The notes under the pieces: model-generated | Databases searched by the model: none | What the model was told of the DNA's origin: nothing | Seen by the model: only the letters and a program-made list of their open reading frames with translations | Translations under genes and position numbers: made by a program | Assembly (NCBI GenBank): GCA_035949275.1 | Contig: DASZII010000005.1 | Span: forward strand, 1-27,351 | Source: Minisyncoccota bacterium | GTDB taxonomy: Bacteria; Patescibacteriota; Minisyncoccia; Phycocordibacterales; UBA2100 | Reading direction: 5' to 3' | Length of the DNA stretch: 27,351 bases | Shown: positions 1 through 9,993 of the stretch, one piece after another | How positions within the stretch are numbered: the first letter of the stretch is position 1 | Layout: each line of letters begins with the position of its first letter

Positions 1-841
1 CCGCCGACATGAGCATCGCCTGCCACATGACGGACTGGAAGCGCACCTGGTCTTTGCCCGCGAGCTGCAACGTTTCGCCGTCGGTCCAGAACTTTTTGAA
101 GAGACCGTCTTTATCCTCCGGCCAACCCAATGTCGAAATATAGTTCGTTAAGGCATCGAACCAGACGTACATGACCTGCGAATCGTCATCCGGCACGGGA
201 ACACCCCAAGTGAGCCTCGACTTTTCGCGCGAAACGGAGAAATCCTCGAGCCCGCTTTGCACGAATTTGACGGCCTCCAGCCTGCGCCACTCCGGTACGA
301 TCACGCCCTCGCGGGAAAGATACTGCAGAAGCCGATCCTGATACTTGCTCAAGGCGAAGAAATAATTCTCTTCTTCGATCTCGATGAGGTCCATCGTCGG
401 ATGGTTGGGGCAACGGCCGTTCACGAGGTCCGTTTCTTTGATGAACGCCTCGTCGCCGACGCAATAGAGGCCTTTGTACTTCTTTTTGTAAATATCGCCT
501 TTTGCGTCACATAACCTCCAAAGTTCTTGCGCAGCGGAAATGTGATGCGGATCTGTTGTTCGAATAAATGCATTGTTTCGAACATCGAGTACATTTTGCA
601 GAACGCCAAAACGTGCAGCGTTTTTACTTACGAACTCTTTTATATCAATCCCCTCTTCTTTAGCTTTCTGCCAAATCTTCTGCCCATGCTCGTCAGTGCC
701 GGTGTTGAAAAAGACCTCGTCGCCGGCGAGCGCGCGGTAGCGCGCGATGATGTCGGCCTGCACGAGCTCAAGCGCAAAGCCGATGTGCGGCTCCGCGTTC
801 ACGTACGGGAGCGTTGTGGTGAGATAGAAACTCCTGCTCAT
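1..841 (-). CDS. metG: Methionyl-tRNA synthetase, 5' part (runs off the window edge; not in the ORF track)
   Basis: Manual translation from ATG at 841: MSRSFYLTTTLPYVNAEPHIGFALELVQAD...NTGTDEHGQKI...FIRTTD...YCVGDEAF...CPNHP...WGVPVP...YVWFDALTNY...GKDQVRFQ. These are class I MetRS motifs. The start overlaps the upstream stop (ATGA). Confidence 0.97.
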   Translation of the reverse strand, partial: MSRSFYLTTTLPYVNAEPHIGFALELVQADIIARYRALAGDEVFFNTGTDEHGQKIWQKAKEEGIDIKEFVSKNAARFGVLQNVLDVRNNAFIRTTDPHHISAAQELWRLCDAKGDIYKKKYKGLYCVGDEAFIKETDLVNGRCPNHPTMDLIEIEEENYFFALSKYQDRLLQYLSREGVIVPEWRRLEAVKFVQSGLEDFSVSREKSRLTWGVPVPDDDSQVMYVWFDALTNYISTLGWPEDKDGLFKKFWTDGETLQLAGKDQVRFQSVMWQAMLMSA

Positions 842-1908
842 GTCTTCGCCGCTTCCTTCTCGTGCTCGTAAAGGCGGCCGGACTCGATGTCGCGCACGAG
901 TTCCTGGATGGTCGCCGCGACCGGCACGGAAAGGATGATGCCCAAAAATCCGCCGAGCTCGCCGCCGATGATGAGCGCGAGGATGACGAGCAAGGGCGGC
1001 ACGCCGACGACGCGCGAAACGACCAGCGGATAGATGAGCTGGCTTTCAAATTGCTGGGCGATCACGTAAATGAATACCGTAATGACGCCGAGGGTGACAC
1101 CTCCCGCCACAAAGGCGATCATGATCGCAGGAACGGCGGCGAGGATGGGCCCGAAAACGGGAATGATCTCGAAAATGGCCGCAATGACCGCGAGGATGAG
1201 CGCGTTGGGAACGCCGAAGACCGTGAGCATGAGGTAGATCAAAATACCCATGATGAAACCGAGGAGGAGCTGCCCTTGCATCCAAAGGCCGATCTTGTGC
1301 TGCGAGCGCCGCCAGAGCCCGAGCGCGTACTTCAAATGTTTGCGCGGGACCACGATGCGCAGGAAATCGTCGACGCCCGTCTCCATGACCGCGAAATAAA
1401 AGGAGAATATGATGATGAGGAAGAACGAGAAAACGCCGCCGAAGATAGTGGTCGCCGCCGTGAGCGCGTTGCCGAACACAGAATTCAGATTGAGCGCGCT
1501 CGCAACGCTGTTCCAAAGATCGCTCGCCGTGAACGTCGAGGGTTCAGGCAACCCGAGGATCTGGGCATACTGGTCGAGGCCGCCCGCGTGCGTGAAAGCG
1601 GAAAGATAGATCGGCAGCGATCCAATGAACGTCGCAAGGTCCGTCAGCACGGTCGGCACGAAGAAATAGAACACGATGAAGCCCAGCGCAAAGAGGCACA
1701 GGTATACGATAATGACGGAAATGATGCGCGGGATCTTGCGCTTCACCAGCGCGGCGACACCGGGTTCGACCGCGGAGGCGATGACGATCGCCGTCAGCAC
1801 GATGAGCACGATGCCGCGGATGGTATAGATGAACCACGCGAGCGCGAGTATGATGAGCGTTTTCAGGACCGTCCCCGCGGTGATCGAAATGGTGACCTCC
1901 TTATCCAT
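838..1908 (-). CDS. AI-2E (PerM/UPF0118) family transporter
   Basis: Multi-TM protein with IPVFGPILAAVPA, QQFESQLIYPLVV and GGELGGFLGIILSVPVAA motifs. Start placed at MDKEV (1908), 6 nt after a TACGAT box, rather than the ORF-track start. Confidence 0.9.
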   Translation of the reverse strand: MDKEVTISITAGTVLKTLIILALAWFIYTIRGIVLIVLTAIVIASAVEPGVAALVKRKIPRIISVIIVYLCLFALGFIVFYFFVPTVLTDLATFIGSLPIYLSAFTHAGGLDQYAQILGLPEPSTFTASDLWNSVASALNLNSVFGNALTAATTIFGGVFSFFLIIIFSFYFAVMETGVDDFLRIVVPRKHLKYALGLWRRSQHKIGLWMQGQLLLGFIMGILIYLMLTVFGVPNALILAVIAAIFEIIPVFGPILAAVPAIMIAFVAGGVTLGVITVFIYVIAQQFESQLIYPLVVSRVVGVPPLLVILALIIGGELGGFLGIILSVPVAATIQELVRDIESGRLYEHEKEAAKT

Positions 1909-1939
1909 GCCGCCATCGTAGCATAACGGCACTGTCTGG

Positions 1940-3256
<1,317 letters not shown>

Positions 3257-3281
3257 TCCAGAGAGTGTAGCGCAAAAGCGC

Positions 3282-5309
3282 TTATTTCGCGACGACGGTC
3301 GCGTTCGCGGGAGTGAAGCCCGGATCGGGGACGATATTCATGCTGGCGCCCGATTCCGAGATCTGAGAGAGATTCGTGGTGATGTCGCTCGTGGGGATGA
3401 GAACAGCTCCAGTCGACGTCGCCCCAAAGGGGCCGCCCGAGACCGGGACCGTCACGCCGATCTCGGTCCCCGAAAGCGCGATGTTCTGGATGAGCGCGGG
3501 CTGCGAGCCGATCTGCGACGTCGAAGGCGTGAAGCCGATTGCGATCGCGGCCCGCCGCGGTGGGCTTCCGTTGACGCCCGTATCCGGTGCGATGGTACCG
3601 AGGTCCCAGATGATCTCTCCATTATTGGGATTCCCAGAAATGTTCTCGCCCGGCGGACCGTAGGTGCCGAGCCAGCGGACGTACGGCGGTAGGAATGCGG
3701 TTATCTTCGCATCCTGGATCTGATCGGTCGTATTGGTCACGGTAAACTCGATGCCGTAGGTAGTCTCGGTCCCGGCCTTGGGGGGCATTGGGCCGGAAGA
3801 ACCGAATGGGTCGGAGTAATAGAGACCCTGAGCCGCGAACTGCAGGCCGCTCGCGATACCGATGGTTTGCTGCGCGGTGCCCTGCAAATTCTGCACGGCA
3901 CCCGATTGGTCGGTCCGGTTGCCCGCCGCGCTCAGCGACATCACGATATGCGGGTTGGTCGTGCTGGCGAGCATTGCCGTCGTCGGCGCAGTGAACGTGA
4001 ATTTGAGCGTGCCGGAGCTTCCGGCCGGGATCGAAGAGAAAAGCCCGTTCGTCGTCGATTGGTCCCAATACATGGAGGAGTCGGTCGAGCGGTAAAAGCC
4101 GTTCGAGGAGCGCACCGTCGACCCGTCGATCTGCGCCCCGGAGAGTTTCGCGACGATGACCGCGTTATTGATCGCGGTGCCGAGGTTATTAACGTAATTT
4201 ATCGAGACCGAGACGCTTTCTCCCGGCGAAACAGTGGCCGACGATGACGCGCCGTTGACGAAAATGGAAAGTCCGAGGAACGAACTCGTGATGTCCATCG
4301 CATAACTTTCGCTCGAGAGCTGGGTCGTGACCGAGGTGGACGTGGCGGCTTGCCCGGTGCCGGCGACAATGTTGAACGTTCTCGTGTCGCCGGGGCTGCC
4401 GGTGAGCGTTCCCTGCACCGTGACCGAATGCGTCTGTCCCGGATTGAGCGTCCCGAGATTCCAGACCCCGGGAGCAGTCTGCGGCGGCGTGGCGGACGAC
4501 AGCGTGAAGCCAAAGGGATACGCGATCGAGAGCAACGCCCCCTGTATGGGTTGCGTCGCATTCGACGCGACGTTAATGGTGAACTGCACCGGCTGCCCCG
4601 AAACGGTCTGTGAGTTGCCGTCCACCGAGACCGAGACCGGCGACGAGCCGAACGTGAGCGTATAATCGCTCGACGCGGTGAATATCGAGTTGGAGCCCGG
4701 TAGATGATACTGGAGTTGGAATTTCACGTCCGATTGCTGCCCTGCGACGCCGGAGAAAACCGCGGGGATCTCGCCTTGCACGCTCGCCCCGGGCGCGATC
4801 GTGCCCAGGTCCTGCTCAAGCGTCGGCTCATCCTGCGAAAGATCTGCGACCGAGCGCGTGCCCTGCGGGAACGTGACGATGAGCGCGGAGAGATCGAGCG
4901 GCACCGTGTTGCGATTCGTCACGACTACTTGCAGCTCGGTGACGCCGCCGCTTTGTATCTCGGGCGGACCGGAGACGGCGATGTCGATGTTCTGCGGCGA
5001 AGAGGAAAGCGCGCCGCCGCCGAAGGCAAAATAATACGCGAAGAACCCGACCGCGCAGATGAAAAAGAGTACCGCTGCCCCAAGGATCCACCAGAGCGCC
5101 CTGCGCACGGTGCCGATTCCCCGCGGCGCGACCGTCGCTTTTGGCAGCGGGTCAGAGTCGTGGATGAAATCATCTCCCACGATGTGTTGCGGCGGCTCAA
5201 GGTTGCGCCGCTCTCTTGCCTTCATTTGTTCCGAAAGCGTGCGCGAATACATCGCCTCGCGCAAACGTTCCAATTTTTGGCTATCCTCGGGATTCTCCGC
5301 AGGAGGCAT
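3282..5309 (-). CDS. Large membrane-anchored surface protein with repeated beta-rich (Ig-like/DUF11-like) domains
   Basis: Charged N-terminus, one TM helix (ALWWILGAAVLFFICAVGFFAYYF), then ~570 aa rich in S/T/G with beta-strand patterns and W-x-L-G-T-(L/I)-x-P repeats. Start at MPPAENP, 6 nt after TATACT. Confidence 0.75.
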   Translation of the reverse strand: MPPAENPEDSQKLERLREAMYSRTLSEQMKARERRNLEPPQHIVGDDFIHDSDPLPKATVAPRGIGTVRRALWWILGAAVLFFICAVGFFAYYFAFGGGALSSSPQNIDIAVSGPPEIQSGGVTELQVVVTNRNTVPLDLSALIVTFPQGTRSVADLSQDEPTLEQDLGTIAPGASVQGEIPAVFSGVAGQQSDVKFQLQYHLPGSNSIFTASSDYTLTFGSSPVSVSVDGNSQTVSGQPVQFTINVASNATQPIQGALLSIAYPFGFTLSSATPPQTAPGVWNLGTLNPGQTHSVTVQGTLTGSPGDTRTFNIVAGTGQAATSTSVTTQLSSESYAMDITSSFLGLSIFVNGASSSATVSPGESVSVSINYVNNLGTAINNAVIVAKLSGAQIDGSTVRSSNGFYRSTDSSMYWDQSTTNGLFSSIPAGSSGTLKFTFTAPTTAMLASTTNPHIVMSLSAAGNRTDQSGAVQNLQGTAQQTIGIASGLQFAAQGLYYSDPFGSSGPMPPKAGTETTYGIEFTVTNTTDQIQDAKITAFLPPYVRWLGTYGPPGENISGNPNNGEIIWDLGTIAPDTGVNGSPPRRAAIAIGFTPSTSQIGSQPALIQNIALSGTEIGVTVPVSGGPFGATSTGAVLIPTSDITTNLSQISESGASMNIVPDPGFTPANATVVAK

Positions 5310-5356
5310 TTGATAAGTATACCCCCACACCAATACATTGGAGTGGGGGTATACAG

Positions 5357-7141
5357 CTACTTCCGGCGCTTGCGGACAAAAAGCAGTTCTTTCGGCAGTC
5401 GGAAGAGGCCCTCATCGTTCTTTTTCTGTTCCATAAAATGCGCGATGAAGCCGACCGAGCGCGGAATGACGAAGAGCGCATTGAAGAATTCTGCGTCCGC
5501 GAGCTCCCGCAATTCCTCCCGCGAACATTTCTCGCACTCGGCGAGGATGTCGAGCGCGAGCGCCGCGATCACTCCGTCCACGTTCAAGATAAGAGAGCCG
5601 TTCTTTGCTGTCGTCACTTGTTCGACCGCTCGCGCAAACTCATAGTGCGGATGCTTTTTGAGAAGCGCAGCGAATTCCGCGATAGCGGCGACGCGCGGGT
5701 CCGGAATGCCGACGCGGTACTTTCGGTGTCCGATGCCGGCCAGCAATTTTCCTCCTTTCGTCCTTTTTTCAACGAACACGGCGGCGCTCTCTTGCGTGCC
5801 GGCACCGCTCAGCCACTGCTCCGCTGCCGTATTCACCGCGCCGCCGAAGCGCGGGCCGATGGTGAGCAGCCCGCTTGCGAGCGAAGAAACGAGATCCTTC
5901 CCCGCGCGCGCCGAGATCATCGTGTTGACCGCGCCCGAAACCTCGCCGCCATGGTCGATAAGAAGCTCGAACACGGCATCAGCGAAAGCGGCCGTTATCG
6001 GTGAGCGGAGCTTTCGATCCAAGAGCGATTCGAAAACGGAAGCGGCGAACCCGCTCTTTCGCGGAACGAGTTTTTTGTTCTTGACGAACACAGGGATCTC
6101 TCCCAGGTCCGCGACCTCGCGTGTCGAAAGGATACTTGCCCGACGATTCGTAAGCGGCTCCATGGCGGTCACCGTATCACTAAATTCCCCTGCGGGCAGT
6201 TCCTTCATTGCGACGAGGAATTCGGGGAACGTTTCCGGCGCGGTGGCACCCGCCTTGCGCAACGCGTCGCGTTTTGCCCGCGCGCTCTCATTGGGCTGCG
6301 CGACGAGCGCCTTCGCATGGCCGAATTGCATGTGTTCGTCGAACGCCTCGTCGATAATGCCGGCAACGTAGGCAAGCACCGGTTTCGTCAGTTTTTTCTT
6401 TTTAAGAAGCTCGACTATTTCGTATTCGTCGACGCCGCCGAGTTCGCCGAAATATACGATCGCCTGCGTTTCAGGATCACTTTGTGCAAGCGAGAGTACG
6501 TCCGTGAGCGACGCGATCGGAAAACGGTCGCCGCCGATCGCGATCGCGAACGAAACGCGCCTCCCGCTCTGCGCGACCGCGCGAATGAGCTCGCTCGTCA
6601 TGCCGCCGGAGGTCGATATGACCGCGATGGAGCCGGGGGTAGTTAGCTTCGAGGCCTCGATCTGTGCGATATCCGTGCCGCCGATCGCGCCGAGTTTCAA
6701 ACTACCGGGCACCAAGAGTCCGACGCCGGAGGGCCCTGCGATGAGCTTTTCCCGTCCGAACCGGCGGATGAGTTCGGTCGCATAACGTTCAGGAACATTC
6801 TCCGCAAAGATGTGGCCGCCGTGCGCGTTCGGGAACTCCGCGAAGAACGCGCAGGTCGAATCGAAAGCTCTGCGGCCGGATTGAACGTTCAACATCCAGA
6901 GGATGTTCCTGCGAAGCTTTTGCGGGACGCTCGGCAAGTCGGGGAAGCAAGGTATGAGCAGTTCCGACCGTCCGAAGAAGAACTTCTGCGCCTTGCGCGT
7001 CCCCGCAATGATGCCGACGACCGAAGGAGTCTTTCTGCCGCAGAGATAGTCGAAGTCGAGTATCGACTGCACGATCTGCGGATGATTCCCGACGGCGAGT
7101 ATGCCCGCTTTCCCGCTCCGGATCTGTTCGAGCGCGTTCAT
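5357..7141 (-). CDS. aclA: ATP-citrate lyase alpha subunit (CoA-binding, CoA-ligase and citryl-CoA lyase domains)
   Basis: DFDYLCGR, GPSGVGLLVPG, STSGGMTSEL, GELGG, phospho-His motif QFGHA, and citrate-synthase-like DHGGEVSGA, GIGHR, LNVDG, RSVGFIAH. Confidence 0.93.
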   Translation of the reverse strand: MNALEQIRSGKAGILAVGNHPQIVQSILDFDYLCGRKTPSVVGIIAGTRKAQKFFFGRSELLIPCFPDLPSVPQKLRRNILWMLNVQSGRRAFDSTCAFFAEFPNAHGGHIFAENVPERYATELIRRFGREKLIAGPSGVGLLVPGSLKLGAIGGTDIAQIEASKLTTPGSIAVISTSGGMTSELIRAVAQSGRRVSFAIAIGGDRFPIASLTDVLSLAQSDPETQAIVYFGELGGVDEYEIVELLKKKKLTKPVLAYVAGIIDEAFDEHMQFGHAKALVAQPNESARAKRDALRKAGATAPETFPEFLVAMKELPAGEFSDTVTAMEPLTNRRASILSTREVADLGEIPVFVKNKKLVPRKSGFAASVFESLLDRKLRSPITAAFADAVFELLIDHGGEVSGAVNTMISARAGKDLVSSLASGLLTIGPRFGGAVNTAAEQWLSGAGTQESAAVFVEKRTKGGKLLAGIGHRKYRVGIPDPRVAAIAEFAALLKKHPHYEFARAVEQVTTAKNGSLILNVDGVIAALALDILAECEKCSREELRELADAEFFNALFVIPRSVGFIAHFMEQKKNDEGLFRLPKELLFVRKRRK

Positions 7142-8316
7142 ATGGCTTTGATGGCGTCCGCGATCGCGCCCGTGATGACCGAGTCGGAGCCGGAGATCGA
7201 TCCGAACATCTTTTCACGTTTGAGAAAATCGCGCATGAGCTCGAGCCCGGCACGCTCGTTCGGCCCACCGCGCCGTACGAACACCTTTATTCTTTGTTCA
7301 CGGATCTTCGGAGCGAATTCTGAAAGCGCATCGATGATGCCGGCGAATGTCTTTTGAATATCGGTAAAGTTCGCGACGCCGCCCGCGATGACGAGTGCTT
7401 TTCGGCCCGAGGCCGGTCCGCCTCGGGCGGATTTCGGCCTCGCACGCAACATGAGTTGTATGATCTCTTTGGCGTACAAATACGTTTCCTCACGCGACGG
7501 GCCGCCGCTGTATTCGCCATAATTCCCTATCAACTTGCCCGCTCCTTCGAGTTCCGCTTCATCGGCGATCACAATGGAGCCGCCACCGCCCGACAAAAGA
7601 AAAAATAATGAACCGTTCGGGTTAACGACGGATAATTTGAGAGAGGCAGGAGTCGTTTTCTGCAGGTCCTCGACCCGCGTTTCCGCCGGATGCTTCGTTT
7701 TTGACTTTACAATGTCTCGTTCGCTCCATGAATCGACGAAGAATTCGCCGGCACTGTCGACGAGACAAGCGGCGTCCAGCAAATGCGCTTGTCCTTTTTG
7801 AATGACGAACGGGTTGATCTCGAGGAACGCGAAAAAATTCTTATGGAATGCTTCAAGAAGCTGTCGCAAAAACTCCTGCGGGATCTTTGTGGCCCGCGCG
7901 ACCTTCACAATGTCGGGATCGCTCCCGACAATGTACGTTTTTACTTTTTCCGGATGCGCCTCGATATCAATCCCGCCCTCCCCCGCATGCAATATGCGGA
8001 TGCCCTCGCGCACGCGCTCGAGCGAGAGGTACTGCTCTTCCTCCGGCCTATGCAGCACGAGCGGCTCAAGTAAAAATTGTGAGAAGCCCTTCTTCTTCCA
8101 TTCAGAGAACTTACGCGTGGCTTGTGCGGGCGATACGCCGACCGCAACAAGTCCTTGTTTAAAGCGCTTTTTTATACCTTGGTCGACCTTGACGACCAAG
8201 GTACCCTTCGAAGCTTTAGCGGAGTAGGGCTGCCCTGCACGAACCGACACTCCTTTATAAGCGTCGCCGAGTAATATCTTCTTCGCCCGATATTCGCTGA
8301 TCTTGACCCGGGCCAT
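7138..8316 (-). CDS. aclB: ATP-citrate lyase beta subunit (ATP-grasp and citrate-binding domains)
   Basis: KISEYRAK, VVKVDQGIKKRFKQGLV, FLEINP, SGGGGS, NYGEYSGGP, GGVANFTD and VRRGGPN motifs. ATGA overlap with aclA. Confidence 0.93.
   Translation of the reverse strand: MARVKISEYRAKKILLGDAYKGVSVRAGQPYSAKASKGTLVVKVDQGIKKRFKQGLVAVGVSPAQATRKFSEWKKKGFSQFLLEPLVLHRPEEEQYLSLERVREGIRILHAGEGGIDIEAHPEKVKTYIVGSDPDIVKVARATKIPQEFLRQLLEAFHKNFFAFLEINPFVIQKGQAHLLDAACLVDSAGEFFVDSWSERDIVKSKTKHPAETRVEDLQKTTPASLKLSVVNPNGSLFFLLSGGGGSIVIADEAELEGAGKLIGNYGEYSGGPSREETYLYAKEIIQLMLRARPKSARGGPASGRKALVIAGGVANFTDIQKTFAGIIDALSEFAPKIREQRIKVFVRRGGPNERAGLELMRDFLKREKMFGSISGSDSVITGAIADAIKAI
7402..7431. repeat. 30-bp palindromic element in frame in aclB (encodes SARGGPASGR)
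   Basis: Perfect 9-bp arms GCCCGAGGC/GCCTCGGGC. Built from two 15-nt hairpin units. Length is a multiple of 3. Confidence 0.6.
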
Positions 8317-8319
8317 AGT

Positions 8320-8757
8320 TTAGAGTTTTAACCGATACACGTTCGTTTCTTTGTGTTCGAAGCCAAATTTCTGATATAAACGATTCGCCGCAATCCGCGA
8401 CGGCCGGGTCGACAACTCGATAGTTTTCAGCTTCTTCGAACGCGCAACGTTAAGTAGTTTTTGCGTGAGTTTTTCGCCGATGCCCCGCCCTCGATGATCG
8501 GCATCGACGATCATGTCCTCAAGGTAGCCGTACTTCCCCCTTACTTTGTTGATGACGAACAGAAGACCAATCCCGATCATCTTTTTTCCGTCGCGCGCAA
8601 CGACGGCGATCGTATTCCGCTCGCCGACGATCGCCTGCAGCGTTTTCAAGCTGATTGGTTTATATTCGCTCGGATCATGAAGCAGCTGTCGCAGAAGATC
8701 GTTCGCGCTTTTCATGTCCGCTGCCTGAGCAGTCGAAAATCTCGAGATCCTTATCAT
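8320..8757 (-). CDS. GNAT family acetyltransferase, glucosamine-6-phosphate N-acetyltransferase (GNA1)-like
   Basis: GYLEDMIVDADHRGRGIGEKL (motif A) and AANRLYQKFGF. Start at MIRISRF (8757), 7 nt after TACTGT, gives a typical 145-aa GNAT. Ends 3 bp before aclB. Confidence 0.85.
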   Translation of the reverse strand: MIRISRFSTAQAADMKSANDLLRQLLHDPSEYKPISLKTLQAIVGERNTIAVVARDGKKMIGIGLLFVINKVRGKYGYLEDMIVDADHRGRGIGEKLTQKLLNVARSKKLKTIELSTRPSRIAANRLYQKFGFEHKETNVYRLKL

Positions 8758-8864
8758 GCGAGCAACAGTAACGCTATAAGACCGATTCAGCAAACCAATT
8801 CGACATATAAGAAAATATATGGTATTGGTTTCGTAGACGGATCGTCCGTCTTGGGAGAACAACG

Positions 8865-9368
8865 ATGTCATGGACATTGGTATGGGCGATTGTCGCAACG
8901 GTCGCTCTCGGAGTCTCGCTGATCGTGAATCATGGCTTGTGGACACGGCGACTGCCGTTCCCCGACTACGGCTCGTTCGTGCTCACGTGCCGCGACGAAA
9001 AAACATGGCGAGTGGTTATCCGGGCGCTGCAGCTGTACGGGATGCGACCGGTTTTCAGAGTCGATACTGCATTCGTTAAGCGTGCCATCTACCAGAATGG
9101 GCTCATCGTTAACTACGCCGTTCCGGCGTTGCTCGCCGAACTCGATAATGCAGGTGCGGCGTTCATGATCCCGAGCAGCGACCCATGGGAAGACGCACAG
9201 CGGCTGAAAAGCTTCCTCAGGACCAATTCGTCCAACGCCAAAGCTGTCGTCGAACCCGATATGGAACGCAAGGCCGTATTGGTACCGAGCAACGCGTTCG
9301 TCTCAGGAATGCTCGGGTTTCGCCTGCCTTTCACCAAGATGGGCAAGCCGCCGAAGTGGCACGACTGA
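8865..9368 (+). CDS. Hypothetical protein with N-terminal membrane anchor
   Basis: 167-aa ORF with a hydrophobic N-terminus, a GGAG upstream and a strong terminator directly downstream. Confidence 0.7.
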   Translation: MSWTLVWAIVATVALGVSLIVNHGLWTRRLPFPDYGSFVLTCRDEKTWRVVIRALQLYGMRPVFRVDTAFVKRAIYQNGLIVNYAVPALLAELDNAGAAFMIPSSDPWEDAQRLKSFLRTNSSNAKAVVEPDMERKAVLVPSNAFVSGMLGFRLPFTKMGKPPKWHD

Positions 9369-9384
9369 ACGAAAGCGGAGGCCC

Positions 9385-9419
9385 GTGCCCGCCGGAAGAT
9401 TCCGGCGGGCGCACTTTTT
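9385..9419 (+). terminator. Intrinsic terminator between convergent genes
   Basis: GTGCCCGCCGGA-AGAT-TCCGGCGGGCGC stem followed by a TTTTT tract. Confidence 0.8.
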
Positions 9420-9993
9420 ATAACTGCGTCTCCGCGATCGCCTTATTTATTGAGAGCAATAGTTTGTCCTTCAGCGTCTCCGCTTCGAGGAGCGACTCGC
9501 CGGTGTAGGCGGTGTGCGTGAAAAGCGCGGTCGAGAGTGCTTCGTTCGAAATATAGCCGAGCGCGAAGAGGATCCGCGCGACGCAGACGATCTCGATGGT
9601 TCCGACGACGTCCGAGTTCTCTTTCGACATGAGCGCTTCATGCGCTTCGGCAAGCGCAGCAAAAAGATATTCGTTTTTTTCTTCCCCATGCACGAGCCGC
9701 AGGACGAGTTCAGAAATGCGCGCAAAGGTCGAGACGCCGTGCACGTCTCCGATCGCAATTTGCAACGCCTTTGCACCCGCAGCGCGCCATCCCCGCTTCC
9801 CTTTCACGAGCGAAACATTCGCGAGCGAGTATTTTTGCATCGCATACCGCATCTTCGAGCTTTCGTTGCGCACCGCCGAAGCGCGCGCACGAACCAAACC
9901 GAAATCTTTGGTATAGAGCGCGAATACCTTATCCGCCTCGCCGTGTTCGCGGCTTCCGAGGATCAGCGCATCAGTGTGATACTTCTGGTACAT
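9418..9993 (-). CDS. recO: DNA repair protein RecO (short form)
   Basis: ALILGSREHGEADKVFALYTKDFGLVRARASAVR...SKMR is the RecO N-terminal OB-fold pattern. Starts immediately after the ileS stop. Confidence 0.85.
   Translation of the reverse strand: MYQKYHTDALILGSREHGEADKVFALYTKDFGLVRARASAVRNESSKMRYAMQKYSLANVSLVKGKRGWRAAGAKALQIAIGDVHGVSTFARISELVLRLVHGEEKNEYLFAALAEAHEALMSKENSDVVGTIEIVCVARILFALGYISNEALSTALFTHTAYTGESLLEAETLKDKLLLSINKAIAETQL

Noticed and set aside
8758-8946. Extended ORF-track N-termini (GNAT from 8946, AI-2E from 2031, ArsR from 26806, DedA from 24131)
   Set aside because: The extensions overlap promoters or neighbouring genes and lack family similarity. Downstream ATGs sit at the consistent distance from a -10 box.
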